Shown piece by piece: positions 8,602-19,060 of a DNA stretch of 64,000 bases. The stretch is from Rickettsiales bacterium (GTDB lineage: Bacteria > Pseudomonadota > Alphaproteobacteria > Rickettsiales > JABSSG01). The position numbers and the translations under genes were made by a program. Each line of letters starts with the position of its first letter. Position 1 is the stretch's first letter. The stretch covers positions 7,921-71,920 of the forward strand of contig JAGVLN010000014.1 of assembly GCA_020049805.1 (NCBI GenBank), given 5' to 3'. The notes beneath the pieces were generated by a model, which saw only the letters and a program-made list of their open reading frames with translations, was not told the origin of the DNA and did not search any database.

Positions 8602-10017
8602 ATGATTACACCTGTTATTTTATGTGGCGGTATGGGAACAAGATTATGGCCAGTTTCACGCGAAACAAATCCAAAACAATTTCTAACTATAGAAAATAAT
8701 TTATCTTTACTACAGATTACTGTTCAAAGAATTTCTGATAATAAAATTTTTACTAAACCAATAATAGTTTGTAATGCCCAACATAAATTTAAAGTTGCCG
8801 AACAACTCGAAGAAATTGGTATAGAGCCTTTTGCTATAATCTTAGAACCACTTTCTAAAAATACCGCCCCGGCAATTGCACTTGCTGCACATTTTTTAGA
8901 AGGGCAACTATCAAACTCTCAAATAATGTTAGTTATGCCTGCTGACCATATGATTAAAAACCCAGAACAATTTTGTCAAATTGTCAGTACTGCAGAAAAA
9001 TATTGTATCGAAGATCAACTATTAACATTTGGCATTACTCCCTCTTATCCTTCCACGGCTTATGGCTATATAGAACCAGGTATAGCAATAGATGATAACT
9101 GTTTTAAAATAAAAAAGTTTAGTGAGAAACCAGATCTAATTACATCACGGTCACTTATAGAAAAAGGAGCGAAATGGAATAGTGGTATTTTCATGTTTAA
9201 GGTTGAATCTTATCTAGAAGAATTAAAAAAATTTCACCCTGAAATATACACTTATACTTCACAAATAAAAAATGGCATTAAGAAATATAATTTTGTAGAA
9301 ATACCCTCTGAACAATTCGCACTATGCGAAAATATTTCTATTGATTATGCCATATTTGAGCATACTGATAATGCTGTTATGATTCCTATAAATTTAGCTT
9401 GGAGTGATATAGGAAGTTGGAAAGCGCTTGCTGATCATAATATTAAGGATCAAAATAATAATTACAGCTTTGGCAATAACTATCTTTATAATACAAATAA
9501 TTGTCTAATTTATTCAGAACAAAATATGCATACCATAACTTATGGGATAGAAAATTTATGTATTGTTACAACAGAAGATGCAATATTAGTAATCAATAAA
9601 GATGATAGCGAATTTGTTAAAAATATTGTCCAAGATCTAAAAAAACAAAAAAAATCTCTTATAGAATCCACTTCTGCACATTATAGACCATGGGGATATT
9701 ATCAAAATATAATAATAGGAGATACTTATAAAGTTAAAAAACTTTGTGTAACTCCCGGTAATAAAATATCATTACAATATCATAATAAACGCTCAGAACA
9801 TTGGGTTGTAACTAATGGCACAGCTACCGTAACGCGTGGCGAAGAAACTTTTGATTTAGATAAAGGATTATCAACTTACATACCTACAGGCGTTGTTCAT
9901 CGCTTAGAAAATAGGGGTGATAGTCTTTTAGAAATAATAGAAGTACAAATAGGTGAATATTTAGAAGAAGATGATATTGTACGTCTAGAAGATAGCTATG
10001 GAAGAGTGAAAATATAA
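8602..10017 (+). CDS. manC: bifunctional mannose-1-phosphate guanylyltransferase / mannose-6-phosphate isomerase (type II PMI-GMP)
   Basis: N-terminal PVILCGGMGTRLWPVSRETNPKQF nucleotidyl-transferase motif and a C-terminal cupin (QYHNKRSEHWVVTNGTA...HRLENRG). 471 aa. Confidence 0.9.
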   Translation: MITPVILCGGMGTRLWPVSRETNPKQFLTIENNLSLLQITVQRISDNKIFTKPIIVCNAQHKFKVAEQLEEIGIEPFAIILEPLSKNTAPAIALAAHFLEGQLSNSQIMLVMPADHMIKNPEQFCQIVSTAEKYCIEDQLLTFGITPSYPSTAYGYIEPGIAIDDNCFKIKKFSEKPDLITSRSLIEKGAKWNSGIFMFKVESYLEELKKFHPEIYTYTSQIKNGIKKYNFVEIPSEQFALCENISIDYAIFEHTDNAVMIPINLAWSDIGSWKALADHNIKDQNNNYSFGNNYLYNTNNCLIYSEQNMHTITYGIENLCIVTTEDAILVINKDDSEFVKNIVQDLKKQKKSLIESTSAHYRPWGYYQNIIIGDTYKVKKLCVTPGNKISLQYHNKRSEHWVVTNGTATVTRGEETFDLDKGLSTYIPTGVVHRLENRGDSLLEIIEVQIGEYLEEDDIVRLEDSYGRVKI

Positions 10018-10889
10018 TGAAAATCTTATCAGGACGCAGTCATAAAATCCTTACAAAAAAATTAGCAGAAATTTTAAATATTCAATTTATTGAAACTAAT
10101 ATTGAAGCATTTAATGACCAAGAACTCCGAATACAAATTACTAGCCCTCTTTATGAAGAAGAGATAGTTATCGTTCAATCTACTTCTAAACCCGCTAATG
10201 ATCATTTAATGGAGTTATTATTGTTAATTGATGCTGCTAAACGTGGTGGCGCAAAGCGCATTATTGCTGTAATGCCATATTTTGGGTATAGCCGCCAAGA
10301 TCGTTTATCATATGATTATGGACCAATTTCAGCAAGTTTAGTCTCTAATCTTTTAACTACAGCAGGTATAGATCACTTAATAACTATCGACCTTCACTCA
10401 AAACAAACAGAAGGTTTTTTTAGAATAGGAATTCAAAATTTAGAATCAATAGACTTATTTGGTCCCTTCGTTGAAAATTTTAAACAGCATGTTATAGTTT
10501 CTCCAGATATTGGAGGTTTAATTAGAGCACGCAAGTACAGTGAGCAATTCAATTTAGACCTTGTTACCATTGATAAAAATCGTGGCTATACAAGTAAAGT
10601 CATCGGTAATGTAAAAGATAAGCATTGTATTATTATCGATGATATAGCAGATACTGCTGAAACTCTTTGTAAGGCATCAGAAGCGTTAATAGAACAAGGT
10701 GCATTGTCTGTAAAAGCTTTTGTTACTCATGCTGTTTTATCTGGTACAGCTATTGAACGTATTGAAAATTCAGATATAGAAAGAATCTTTGTAACAGATA
10801 GTATACCGCATCCTATTTTATCATCTAAATTTCAAGTTGTCCCTACCCATCAACTACTTGCTGAATCTATAAAAAGAATAAAACAATAA
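10017..10889 (+). CDS. prs: ribose-phosphate pyrophosphokinase
   Basis: PYFGYSRQDR plus the PRPP-binding loop CIIIDDIADTAETL. The start overlaps the manC stop (TAATG). Confidence 0.9.
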   Translation: MKILSGRSHKILTKKLAEILNIQFIETNIEAFNDQELRIQITSPLYEEEIVIVQSTSKPANDHLMELLLLIDAAKRGGAKRIIAVMPYFGYSRQDRLSYDYGPISASLVSNLLTTAGIDHLITIDLHSKQTEGFFRIGIQNLESIDLFGPFVENFKQHVIVSPDIGGLIRARKYSEQFNLDLVTIDKNRGYTSKVIGNVKDKHCIIIDDIADTAETLCKASEALIEQGALSVKAFVTHAVLSGTAIERIENSDIERIFVTDSIPHPILSSKFQVVPTHQLLAESIKRIKQ

Positions 10890-10895
10890 ATTTAA

Positions 10896-12176
10896 TTAGA
10901 AAGAATCTCGTAAATTTATTATCCATAATTCAGTTATAGCATTATTAAAAATAGGAACTAATTTTTTACAGCTTTTATCATTGCATTGCTTATTTTCTTG
11001 GACATCTTCAATACCGAAATCATTATCATTTGTAACAGCAATAGTTTTATCATCAATCACTGTTAAACCTTCTGACTTTTCATAGAGCCAACCGTATTTT
11101 CTCAGGTCTAAGAACATTTCTTTTTTAACCATATGAATTCCCTTAAGCTCATTTTCATTAGCATATTCAAGATCCTTGCTATTAGGCAGTTTAAGTGTGC
11201 TTATATCTATAGCATTACTAATATCAATTTTATAAATTTTGTTAGAGACCTTTCCCTCTTTATTAACCCCTTGTTCTATCACTAAAAACTTCTCATCATT
11301 AATTGCTGCTAACTCACTAATTTTAGTTTTACTTGCTTCTGAAAGCTCATCTTTATTCCAGGGATATGCAAAAGTTTTTGTTTTACCTGTTAATGGATCT
11401 AATTCTAGCATTCTTATAAATTGTGCAGAATTTTTGGTTTCGTTATTTATATCAATAGTACTTTCTAATATTGCATATACTTTTCCGTTTGGCACTACAG
11501 CAACAGCTTCAAACCCTCTATTTTTCTGCCTATGCTTAAATATATAAGGTAAGCCATTACCAGGAGTATAAGTTTTTATTATTTCACCTGTATTATGATC
11601 AATATAATTAAGAGAAGGTTCGTATTCTTCTCCTACCCAAAAATTATCTTTTTTATCGATCGCTATACTTTCAGTATCTAAACCGAAATTAGCATTGTTG
11701 ATTTCCTCAAAATTTTCATCAAAGGGTATTTCCTTAATATTATCATCATTCTTTATAGTAGAAATTCCGCTTATAGGTTGTTTATCCTTAGTTATGATTT
11801 TATATTTTATTACCTGCGCACCTTTGCCCAACTTCACATCAATCAATGATATAAAAGGTGAGAATTTTGGATAAAAAAACATACCTTCTGATACATTATC
11901 TTTTGTAGAACGTATATTTTTTAAAGATGCACCAGGCCCTCTATCTGTAATGCTATAAAATAACAAATGACCATTCGGAGTTTTTTCTTTAAATTGTAGA
12001 CCAGACCCTATACCTGGATTAAATCCAGGAATTAGGTCTATAATTTCTTTAGGAAAGCTTATTTCGTATTTAGTGATGCTAGTAACTGCACCTTCAAACG
12101 ATATTGTTTGTGGTTCTGCATAACTATTACCGCTTACTATAAGCAATAAAATTAATATTATTCTTTTAAACACCAT
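10896..12176 (-). CDS. secreted phytase-like esterase family beta-propeller protein
   Basis: Motifs ITDRGPG, LDTESIA, NRGFEAVAV and VTNDNDFG fit the esterase-like-activity-of-phytase family. I place the start at ATG 12176 (MVFKRIILILLLIVSGNSYA, a signal peptide) rather than 12212. That ATG overlaps the glnA stop (ATGGTGTTTAA). Confidence 0.7.
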   Translation of the reverse strand: MVFKRIILILLLIVSGNSYAEPQTISFEGAVTSITKYEISFPKEIIDLIPGFNPGIGSGLQFKEKTPNGHLLFYSITDRGPGASLKNIRSTKDNVSEGMFFYPKFSPFISLIDVKLGKGAQVIKYKIITKDKQPISGISTIKNDDNIKEIPFDENFEEINNANFGLDTESIAIDKKDNFWVGEEYEPSLNYIDHNTGEIIKTYTPGNGLPYIFKHRQKNRGFEAVAVVPNGKVYAILESTIDINNETKNSAQFIRMLELDPLTGKTKTFAYPWNKDELSEASKTKISELAAINDEKFLVIEQGVNKEGKVSNKIYKIDISNAIDISTLKLPNSKDLEYANENELKGIHMVKKEMFLDLRKYGWLYEKSEGLTVIDDKTIAVTNDNDFGIEDVQENKQCNDKSCKKLVPIFNNAITELWIINLRDSF

Positions 12177-13545
12177 AATACATCTTAAATTCCTGTGGAT
12201 GCGGGCTAGCATTTAAAGTTTTTACTTCTTCAGTTCTCAATTGAATATAAGCATCAATCAAATCATCACTAAAAACGTTACCCATCTTCAAAAATTCTCT
12301 ATCTATATCTAAAGCAGCCAGTGATTCACTTAAAGATGCGCTAATAGCCGCAATATGTGCTGGTTTTTCTGTTTCATACATATTTTGTTCACAAGCAGCA
12401 CCTGGATCGATTTTATTAATTATACCATCTAATCCAGCCATTAACATTGCAGCTAATCCCAAATACGGGTTAGCTGCTGGGTCTGGAAATCTAACTTCTA
12501 TGCGTTTGGCACTATCATTTGTAACATGAGGTATTCTAATTGCAGCAGAACGATTGCTTGCTGAGTAACTTAAATAAATAGGCGCTTCAAAACCAGGAAC
12601 TAATCTTCGATAACTATTAGTTGTTGGGTTGGTAAAAGCATTTATAGCTTTAGCATGTTTAATAATGCCTCCTATATAGTAAAGAGCGTCTTGTGAAAGT
12701 TTAGAATATTTATCACCTAAAAATTTTGGTTTACCATCTTTCCAAATTGATTGATGTACATGCATACCACTACCATTTTCATCTTTAAGTGGTTTAGGCA
12801 TAAAGGTAACAGTTTTACCATAAGAATGAGCCACATTTTTTACTACAAATTTATATTTTTGGATATTATCTGCAGTAGATAAAATATCACCATATTTAAA
12901 TCCTAATTCGCATTGAGTAGAACCTACTTCATGATGTTGCATTATTGGGGTTAGACCTACAGACTTTAATACTAACAGCATTTCTGATCTAATATCATTA
13001 CTCATATCTGCAGGTGCAGATGCCCAATATCCACCATTACGTCCTGGTTTATAACCAGTATTATCATCATTAGAAGAATCATTAGCAGAATCAACAAATA
13101 TATATGACTGTTTTATTGAACTCTCATATCTTACACTATCAAAAATGAAAAATTCAAGTTCAGGGCCAAAAAAAGCTTCACCAATATTAGTTTTAGTTAA
13201 ATAATCTAATGCTCTTTTAACTAATGTTCTAGGATCACGTAAATATTGAGTTTGGCTTTTTGGGTCAATCACATCACAGATAATTATTAATGTTGGTTGA
13301 GCAGCAAAAGGATCAACAAATACCGTGTTCATATCAGGAATTAATAATAAATCAGAATCATTTACTTCTTTCCAACCTTTAACTGATGAACCATCTGTTA
13401 ATAATCCTTTCTCTAGAATATCTTTAGCACTATCTAATGTATAAGTTATATGGAGCCATTTACCTAAAGTATCAGTATATCTAAAATCAACAAACTCTAT
13501 GTTATGTTCAGTAACTAAATCTAAAAATTTTTGATGTTTTGTCAT
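12166..13545 (-). CDS. glnA: glutamine synthetase, type I
   Basis: 459 aa with FGPELEFF, NGSGMHVHQS and NSYRRLVPGFEAP motifs. An RBS (GGGGGAG) lies upstream of the ATG. Confidence 0.95.
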   Translation of the reverse strand: MTKHQKFLDLVTEHNIEFVDFRYTDTLGKWLHITYTLDSAKDILEKGLLTDGSSVKGWKEVNDSDLLLIPDMNTVFVDPFAAQPTLIIICDVIDPKSQTQYLRDPRTLVKRALDYLTKTNIGEAFFGPELEFFIFDSVRYESSIKQSYIFVDSANDSSNDDNTGYKPGRNGGYWASAPADMSNDIRSEMLLVLKSVGLTPIMQHHEVGSTQCELGFKYGDILSTADNIQKYKFVVKNVAHSYGKTVTFMPKPLKDENGSGMHVHQSIWKDGKPKFLGDKYSKLSQDALYYIGGIIKHAKAINAFTNPTTNSYRRLVPGFEAPIYLSYSASNRSAAIRIPHVTNDSAKRIEVRFPDPAANPYLGLAAMLMAGLDGIINKIDPGAACEQNMYETEKPAHIAAISASLSESLAALDIDREFLKMGNVFSDDLIDAYIQLRTEEVKTLNASPHPQEFKMYYGV

Positions 13546-13624
13546 GATGCTCCCCCTAGATAAATTTAGCTATTTTTTACTAGATAGCTAATGCGGTGTC
13601 AACAATCTACTAATAAATTAAGTA

Positions 13625-15028
13625 TTAAATATGAATTGCTCGATTTGCTACTGCTAAAGCTGCTTCTTTAACAGCTTCATTAAGCGTCGGATGCGCATGG
13701 CATGTACGAGCTATATCTTCAGATGAAGCGCTATATTCCATAGCTAGCACTACTTCAGCTATCAGAGTACCTGCATCTGGCCCAATTATATGAACTCCTA
13801 GAACTTTATCAGTTTTTTTACAAGCTAAGATTTTTACCATTCCTTCGGTAGAACCGATTGCCCTAGCTCTACTATTAGCCATAAATGGAAATTTACCTAT
13901 ATTATATTCTATATTTGCTGCTTGCAGTTCTTCCTCTGTTTGACCTACAGAAGCCACTTCTGGCCATGTATATATAACTCCTGGAATCACTCCGTAATTA
14001 ACATGTCCAGCTTGACCTGCTATTATTTCAGCAACCGCCACTCCTTCTTCCTCTGCTTTATGAGCAAGCATTGGGCCAGTAATAACATCACCAATAGCAT
14101 AAATATTCTGAATGTTAGTTTCAAACTTATCATTTACTATAACTCTACCTCTATTATCCAATGCTACACCTAATTTTTCTAGGCCTAGATCTTGAGTGTA
14201 AGGTTTTCTACCTATAGCTACTAATAATACCTCAGTTACAAGCTTTTCTTTATCACCACCACTTGCCAACTCTATTTCCAATTCAACACCTGTTTTAGTT
14301 TTTGTTGCTGATAATACTTTGGTACCTAAACGAAATTTCATTCCTTGTTTTTCAAGTGATTTCTGCAGAGACTTAGCAATTTCTTTATCCATAGAAGGCA
14401 CAATTCGGTCTAGGAATTCTATTACTTCCACCTCTGCACCAAGCCTTAACCATACTGATCCCATTTCTAAACCAATATAACCACCTCCAATAACTATCAT
14501 TTTCTTAGGAATCTTTTTTAAAGATAGAGCTCCAGTAGAAGTCACTATATTTTCCTCATCGATTGCTACTCCTGGAATATTGATACTTTCAGAACCAGTT
14601 GCAATAATTATGTGTTTAGCCTGGATTTGTTCTGGTTTGTTATTAATCTGACATTCGATAATATTATTAGCTAAAATTTTTCCAGTACCAATAAAATAAC
14701 TAACTTTATTTTTTTTAAATAGGCCTTCAATTCCTTTAGTAAGATCCCCTACTACCTTGTCTTTACGAGCAAGCAATGTATTTAAATCAATTGATAATTT
14801 ATCGCATTTAATACCATGATGAGCAAATTCATTTTTAGCTTCAGCAAATTTCTCTGAAGAATCTAAAAGAGCTTTTGATGGTATGCAGCCTACATTTAAG
14901 CATGTTCCTCCTAGGGTACCACGTTTTTCTATACAAGCAGTTTTAAAACCTAGCTGTGCAGCTCGAATTGCCGCTACATATCCTCCAGGACCGCCTCCAA
15001 TAACTACTACATCAAAATTTTCCATCAT
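13625..15028 (-). CDS. lpdA: dihydrolipoyl dehydrogenase (E3)
   Basis: VVVIGGGPGGY FAD motif, redox-active GGTCLNVGCIPSK and the C-terminal HAHPTLNEA dimerisation motif. Confidence 0.95.
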   Translation of the reverse strand: MMENFDVVVIGGGPGGYVAAIRAAQLGFKTACIEKRGTLGGTCLNVGCIPSKALLDSSEKFAEAKNEFAHHGIKCDKLSIDLNTLLARKDKVVGDLTKGIEGLFKKNKVSYFIGTGKILANNIIECQINNKPEQIQAKHIIIATGSESINIPGVAIDEENIVTSTGALSLKKIPKKMIVIGGGYIGLEMGSVWLRLGAEVEVIEFLDRIVPSMDKEIAKSLQKSLEKQGMKFRLGTKVLSATKTKTGVELEIELASGGDKEKLVTEVLLVAIGRKPYTQDLGLEKLGVALDNRGRVIVNDKFETNIQNIYAIGDVITGPMLAHKAEEEGVAVAEIIAGQAGHVNYGVIPGVIYTWPEVASVGQTEEELQAANIEYNIGKFPFMANSRARAIGSTEGMVKILACKKTDKVLGVHIIGPDAGTLIAEVVLAMEYSASSEDIARTCHAHPTLNEAVKEAALAVANRAIHI

Positions 15029-15035
15029 TTAACCT

Positions 15036-16220
15036 TTATAAATCAAATAATAATCTATCAGGAAGTTCTATATTTTCTTTTACCTTAACTAAAAATGTTA
15101 CTGCCTCCTTACCATCAATAAGCCTATGATCATAAGAAAGGGCTGTATACATCATTGGTCTAATCTCTATTTTTCCATCTACGACTACTGCTCTATCTTG
15201 AGTTTTATGCATCCCCAAAATTCCTGATTGAGGTGGATTAATAATTGGCGTTGATAAAAGAGAACCATAAATACCACCATTAGTTATAGTGAATGTTCCG
15301 CCAGTTAAATCCTGCATCGATAATTTTCCTTCTCGAGCTTTTTTAGCTAAATTTGCTATTTCAATTTCTATTTCAGCAAAGGATAATTTATCTGCATCTC
15401 TTAGTACTGGAACTACTAATCCTTGTTCTGTCCCTACGGCTATACCTATATCATAGTAATTTTTATAAACAATATCATCGCCTTCTATTTCAGCATTAAC
15501 TGCTGGTATTTCTTTTAATGCCGCTACTACAGCTTTAACAAAAAAAGACATAAAGCCAAGTTTTACATTATGCTTTTTCATGAACGCTTCTTGATGTTTA
15601 GCACGCAATTGCATGATACTAGTCATGTCTACTTCATTAAAAGTAGTAAGCATAGCAGCTGTATTTTGTGATTCTTTTAGTCTTTCAGCGATTCTCTTAC
15701 GCAAGCGAGTCATCTTTACTCGTTGCTCACGAATCCCACGATTAGAAGCAGAAATAGAAGTAGATTCAGTATTTAAACTAGCAATAACATCGCCCTTAAT
15801 AATTCTTCCATCTTTACCTGTACCAGCTATTGAGCTGGTATCTACATTATTTTCTACAACCATTTTTCTAACAGCAGGAGATAAGTCTTCTTTTTTACTG
15901 GTTTCACTTACCGAAGCTGCAATTGGTTTTTCATTAGTTGCGGGTTTTTTCTCTTCTTTAACTTGAGTTTCTTTAGATACCGCTCCTTCTGTTATCGAGC
16001 CTAAGACCGCTCCGACTGCAACCGTCTCACCTTCTTTGACTTTTACTTCCGCAAGTATACCATCTGTTTCTGCTGAAACTTCCAAAGCCACTTTATCAGT
16101 TTCTAACTCAACTAAAATATCATTCTTTTTTACAGAATCACCTTTTTGCTTAAACCATTTGGCAATAGTCGCTTCAGTAACTGATTCTCCTAAAGGTGGA
16201 ACTTTGATTTGAACGGTCAT
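15036..16220 (-). CDS. sucB: 2-oxoglutarate dehydrogenase E2, dihydrolipoamide succinyltransferase
   Basis: Lipoyl domain ([10 protein letters not shown]) and catalytic [10 protein letters not shown] prefer ATG 16220, preceded by GGAG (TTGGAGTTAAAAATG), over the TTG at 16232 used in the ORF track. Confidence 0.93.
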   Translation of the reverse strand: MTVQIKVPPLGESVTEATIAKWFKQKGDSVKKNDILVELETDKVALEVSAETDGILAEVKVKEGETVAVGAVLGSITEGAVSKETQVKEEKKPATNEKPIAASVSETSKKEDLSPAVRKMVVENNVDTSSIAGTGKDGRIIKGDVIASLNTESTSISASNRGIREQRVKMTRLRKRIAERLKESQNTAAMLTTFNEVDMTSIMQLRAKHQEAFMKKHNVKLGFMSFFVKAVVAALKEIPAVNAEIEGDDIVYKNYYDIGIAVGTEQGLVVPVLRDADKLSFAEIEIEIANLAKKAREGKLSMQDLTGGTFTITNGGIYGSLLSTPIINPPQSGILGMHKTQDRAVVVDGKIEIRPMMYTALSYDHRLIDGKEAVTFLVKVKENIELPDRLLFDL

Positions 16221-16232
16221 TTTTAACTCCAA

Positions 16233-19043
16233 TTACGAATTAATAGCTTCTTTTATTAAGATCTCTTGTCCAGAACGATGGGTAGAACTATACCCTTCAG
16301 ACGTTGAAGCATATGCTCCTCTGCCTGCATATTTAATTTTTCTATTTATTTTTAATTCAATCATTAAATTATCGATTAATGGCTGAATAAATCTCCATGC
16401 TCCCATATTTTCTGGTTCTTCTTGACACCATATTATTTCAGCATTTTTATATTTCTGTAGTATAAATTGCAACTCTTCTTTTGGCCATGGATAAAATTGT
16501 TCTAATCGTATTATCGCAACATTATTGATTTTATTATTTTCTCTATACTCTAACAAATCATAATAAACCTTACCACTACACAATACTACTCTTTTAGCTT
16601 CAGAAATTTTCATAGTTTCAGGAATAACAGGTTGAAATTTAGTGCCTTCATCAAATTCTGCCAAGCTTGAAAGTGCTAGTTTATGCCTCAGTAAAGATTT
16701 TGGTGTCATTATGATTAAAGGCTTACGATAATCTCGATAAATTTGTCGTCTTAAAACATGGAAATATGATGCTGGTGTAGAACAATTTACTACTTGCATA
16801 TTATCTTCTGCACATAATTGCAAAAATCTTTCAAGGCGAGCGGAACTATGCTCTGGCCCTTCTCCTTCATAAGCGTGCGGCAATAATAAAACCAAACCAC
16901 TGGAACGCAACCATTTAACTTCTGCTGAAGAAACAAATTGATCGATTATTATTTGAGCACCATTAGCAAAATCACCATATTGAGCTTCCCATAATACCAA
17001 ACGCGCTGGATCAACTGTGCTATAACCATATTCAAAGCCCATAACTGCATATTCTGAAAGAGAACTATCAATTACTTCATACGACCCCTGATCTTTAGAT
17101 AAATTATTTAATGGAATATATGTAGTATCGCTTTCTTGATCTATTAATACACTATGTCTTTGAGAAAAAGTTCCTCTACCACTATCTTGCCCACTGAGTC
17201 TAATATTAATTTTATCTATCAATAATGAGCCAAAAGCTAAACCTTCAGCTGTTGCCCAGTTTATACCTTGACCAGTTTCCATTATTTGCTTTCTTGCTTC
17301 AAGTTGTCGTTTAATTCTAGCATTTACAACAACCGATTGTGGAGTCTCGCTGAGTTTTAAGCCTATTTCTCTAAGAGTAGCAATTTTTACTCCAGTAGAA
17401 TCATCGATACTTTTTCCAAATTTATAGTTACTAAATTTAGACCATATTCCTTCAAACCAGTCTGCTTTTTCTGGCTTAAAAGTTTTAGACAAGGTTAAAT
17501 CTTGTTCTAACTTTGATTTAAAATCATCCTTATAATTATCATAAAACCCTTCATCTATCACCTTATTAGCTAATAGTTGATCAGCATATAATTTAGCAGG
17601 AGTAGCTAAAGATTCTATTTTTTTATACATTGTTGGCTGGGTAAATTTTGGTTCATCCATTTCGTTATGACCATATAATCTATAGCACATTACGTTTAAG
17701 ACCACATCTTTACCAAATTTATTGCGATATTCGGTAGCGATTTTACTTACTTTTACCACTTCTTCAGCTTTATTACCATTAACATGAAATATTGGCGCTT
17801 CGATGATTTTTGCTACTTCTGTAGGATAACGACTAACCCGCGCATTTCTTGCTGTTGCTGTAAAACCTACCTGATTATTAACAATAATGTGAACTATACC
17901 CCCAACCTTATATCCTTCTAAATCACTGAGCATTAACGATTCCATTACCACACCTTGGCCAGTAAATGACGCATCGCCGTGTAATAACACTCCCATTACA
18001 TCATGTCTTTGTGTGTCTTTTAGTAAATCTTGTTTAGCTCTAACTTTACCAGCTACAACTGGATTTATTGCTTCTAAATGTGAAGGATTAGCAGCCATAG
18101 AGAGATGTATTTTTTTACCATTAATAACCATATCAGTAGAACAGCCCACGTGATACTTTACATCCCCCAACATTCCTGTTTCCTTTGGAAAAGCCATGCC
18201 ACCTTGAAATTCTGCAAACATCGCTACATATGGTTTTTTTAAAATCTTGGTTAAAGTATTTAATCTGCCACGATGGGCCATACCTAATACTGCTTCTTTT
18301 ACATCATTTTGAGCAGCAGTTTTTATTATCCATTCAGTAGCAATAACCGTATTCTCGCCACCTTCTACTGAAAACCTTTTTGCAGAAGGAAATTTTGTTT
18401 GAAGGAATTGCTCAAAGCTTTCTACTTCTATTAAACTTTTTAAAATGCTTTTGCGATCTTCTGCAGACAACTCTGTTTGTGGTTGATAATTTTCTATACG
18501 ATTAATCAACCATTGTACTTGCTCAAAATTATTTATATGAGAAAATTCGTAACCAACATTATTACTATAGACTTCTTTAAGGCGCGTAATATGCTCTCTT
18601 ACAGTAGCGTTTTTGCCATCGAGCTCTACTACTGTGTCTAAATCTTGCTCTCTGATACCGAAGCTAGCGATATCTAGTTTTAAATCTTGTTCTGTTGCTA
18701 ATTTTTCCAATTCTAATGGATCTAGTTTAGCTAAAAAATGCCCTTGATTTCTATAGGCTGAAGCTAACATTTTTACTTGTAAAGGCAAACAACTGCCAGA
18801 TGTTGGTGAAGAAGATCTAACTTCTGAACTAGATTTTTGTTTAGTTACATTATGAAAATTATAATGAGTTTGAATTGATTTAATTGCTTCTTGAGAATTC
18901 TGTTCATTAAAATTTTTAAAAACTTCCTGCCATTCTTTGCTTACAGAGTTTTTATCCTGTAAATATTGAGCATATAATTCTTCTAAATAGGCAGCATTAG
19001 TCCCGAATAAAAAAGAGTTTTTAAAAAATTGATCGTTACTCAT
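16233..19043 (-). CDS. sucA: 2-oxoglutarate dehydrogenase E1 component
   Basis: 936 aa with a ThDP-binding region (LHGDASFTGQGVV) and family-typical ends. Confidence 0.95.
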   Translation of the reverse strand: MSNDQFFKNSFLFGTNAAYLEELYAQYLQDKNSVSKEWQEVFKNFNEQNSQEAIKSIQTHYNFHNVTKQKSSSEVRSSSPTSGSCLPLQVKMLASAYRNQGHFLAKLDPLELEKLATEQDLKLDIASFGIREQDLDTVVELDGKNATVREHITRLKEVYSNNVGYEFSHINNFEQVQWLINRIENYQPQTELSAEDRKSILKSLIEVESFEQFLQTKFPSAKRFSVEGGENTVIATEWIIKTAAQNDVKEAVLGMAHRGRLNTLTKILKKPYVAMFAEFQGGMAFPKETGMLGDVKYHVGCSTDMVINGKKIHLSMAANPSHLEAINPVVAGKVRAKQDLLKDTQRHDVMGVLLHGDASFTGQGVVMESLMLSDLEGYKVGGIVHIIVNNQVGFTATARNARVSRYPTEVAKIIEAPIFHVNGNKAEEVVKVSKIATEYRNKFGKDVVLNVMCYRLYGHNEMDEPKFTQPTMYKKIESLATPAKLYADQLLANKVIDEGFYDNYKDDFKSKLEQDLTLSKTFKPEKADWFEGIWSKFSNYKFGKSIDDSTGVKIATLREIGLKLSETPQSVVVNARIKRQLEARKQIMETGQGINWATAEGLAFGSLLIDKINIRLSGQDSGRGTFSQRHSVLIDQESDTTYIPLNNLSKDQGSYEVIDSSLSEYAVMGFEYGYSTVDPARLVLWEAQYGDFANGAQIIIDQFVSSAEVKWLRSSGLVLLLPHAYEGEGPEHSSARLERFLQLCAEDNMQVVNCSTPASYFHVLRRQIYRDYRKPLIIMTPKSLLRHKLALSSLAEFDEGTKFQPVIPETMKISEAKRVVLCSGKVYYDLLEYRENNKINNVAIIRLEQFYPWPKEELQFILQKYKNAEIIWCQEEPENMGAWRFIQPLIDNLMIELKINRKIKYAGRGAYASTSEGYSSTHRSGQEILIKEAINS

Positions 19044-19060
19044 AAATAATCTTTATGCAG

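Noticed and set aside
12177-12212. A 12-codon upstream extension of the phytase-like ORF (MLARIHRNLRCI).
   Set aside because: It lies inside glnA. The internal ATG at 12176 yields a proper signal peptide.
13566-13591. An inverted repeat, TTAGCTAT-N10-ATAGCTAA, between lpdA and glnA, considered as a terminator.
   Set aside because: The stem is only 8 bp and AT-rich, the loop is 10 nt, and no U-tract follows on the transcribed (minus) strand. The case is too weak to annotate.
16221-16232. The TTG start for sucB (MELK...).
   Set aside because: The TTG contains the GGAG that serves as the Shine-Dalgarno sequence for ATG 16220, and the lipoyl domain starts normally from MTVQIKVP.
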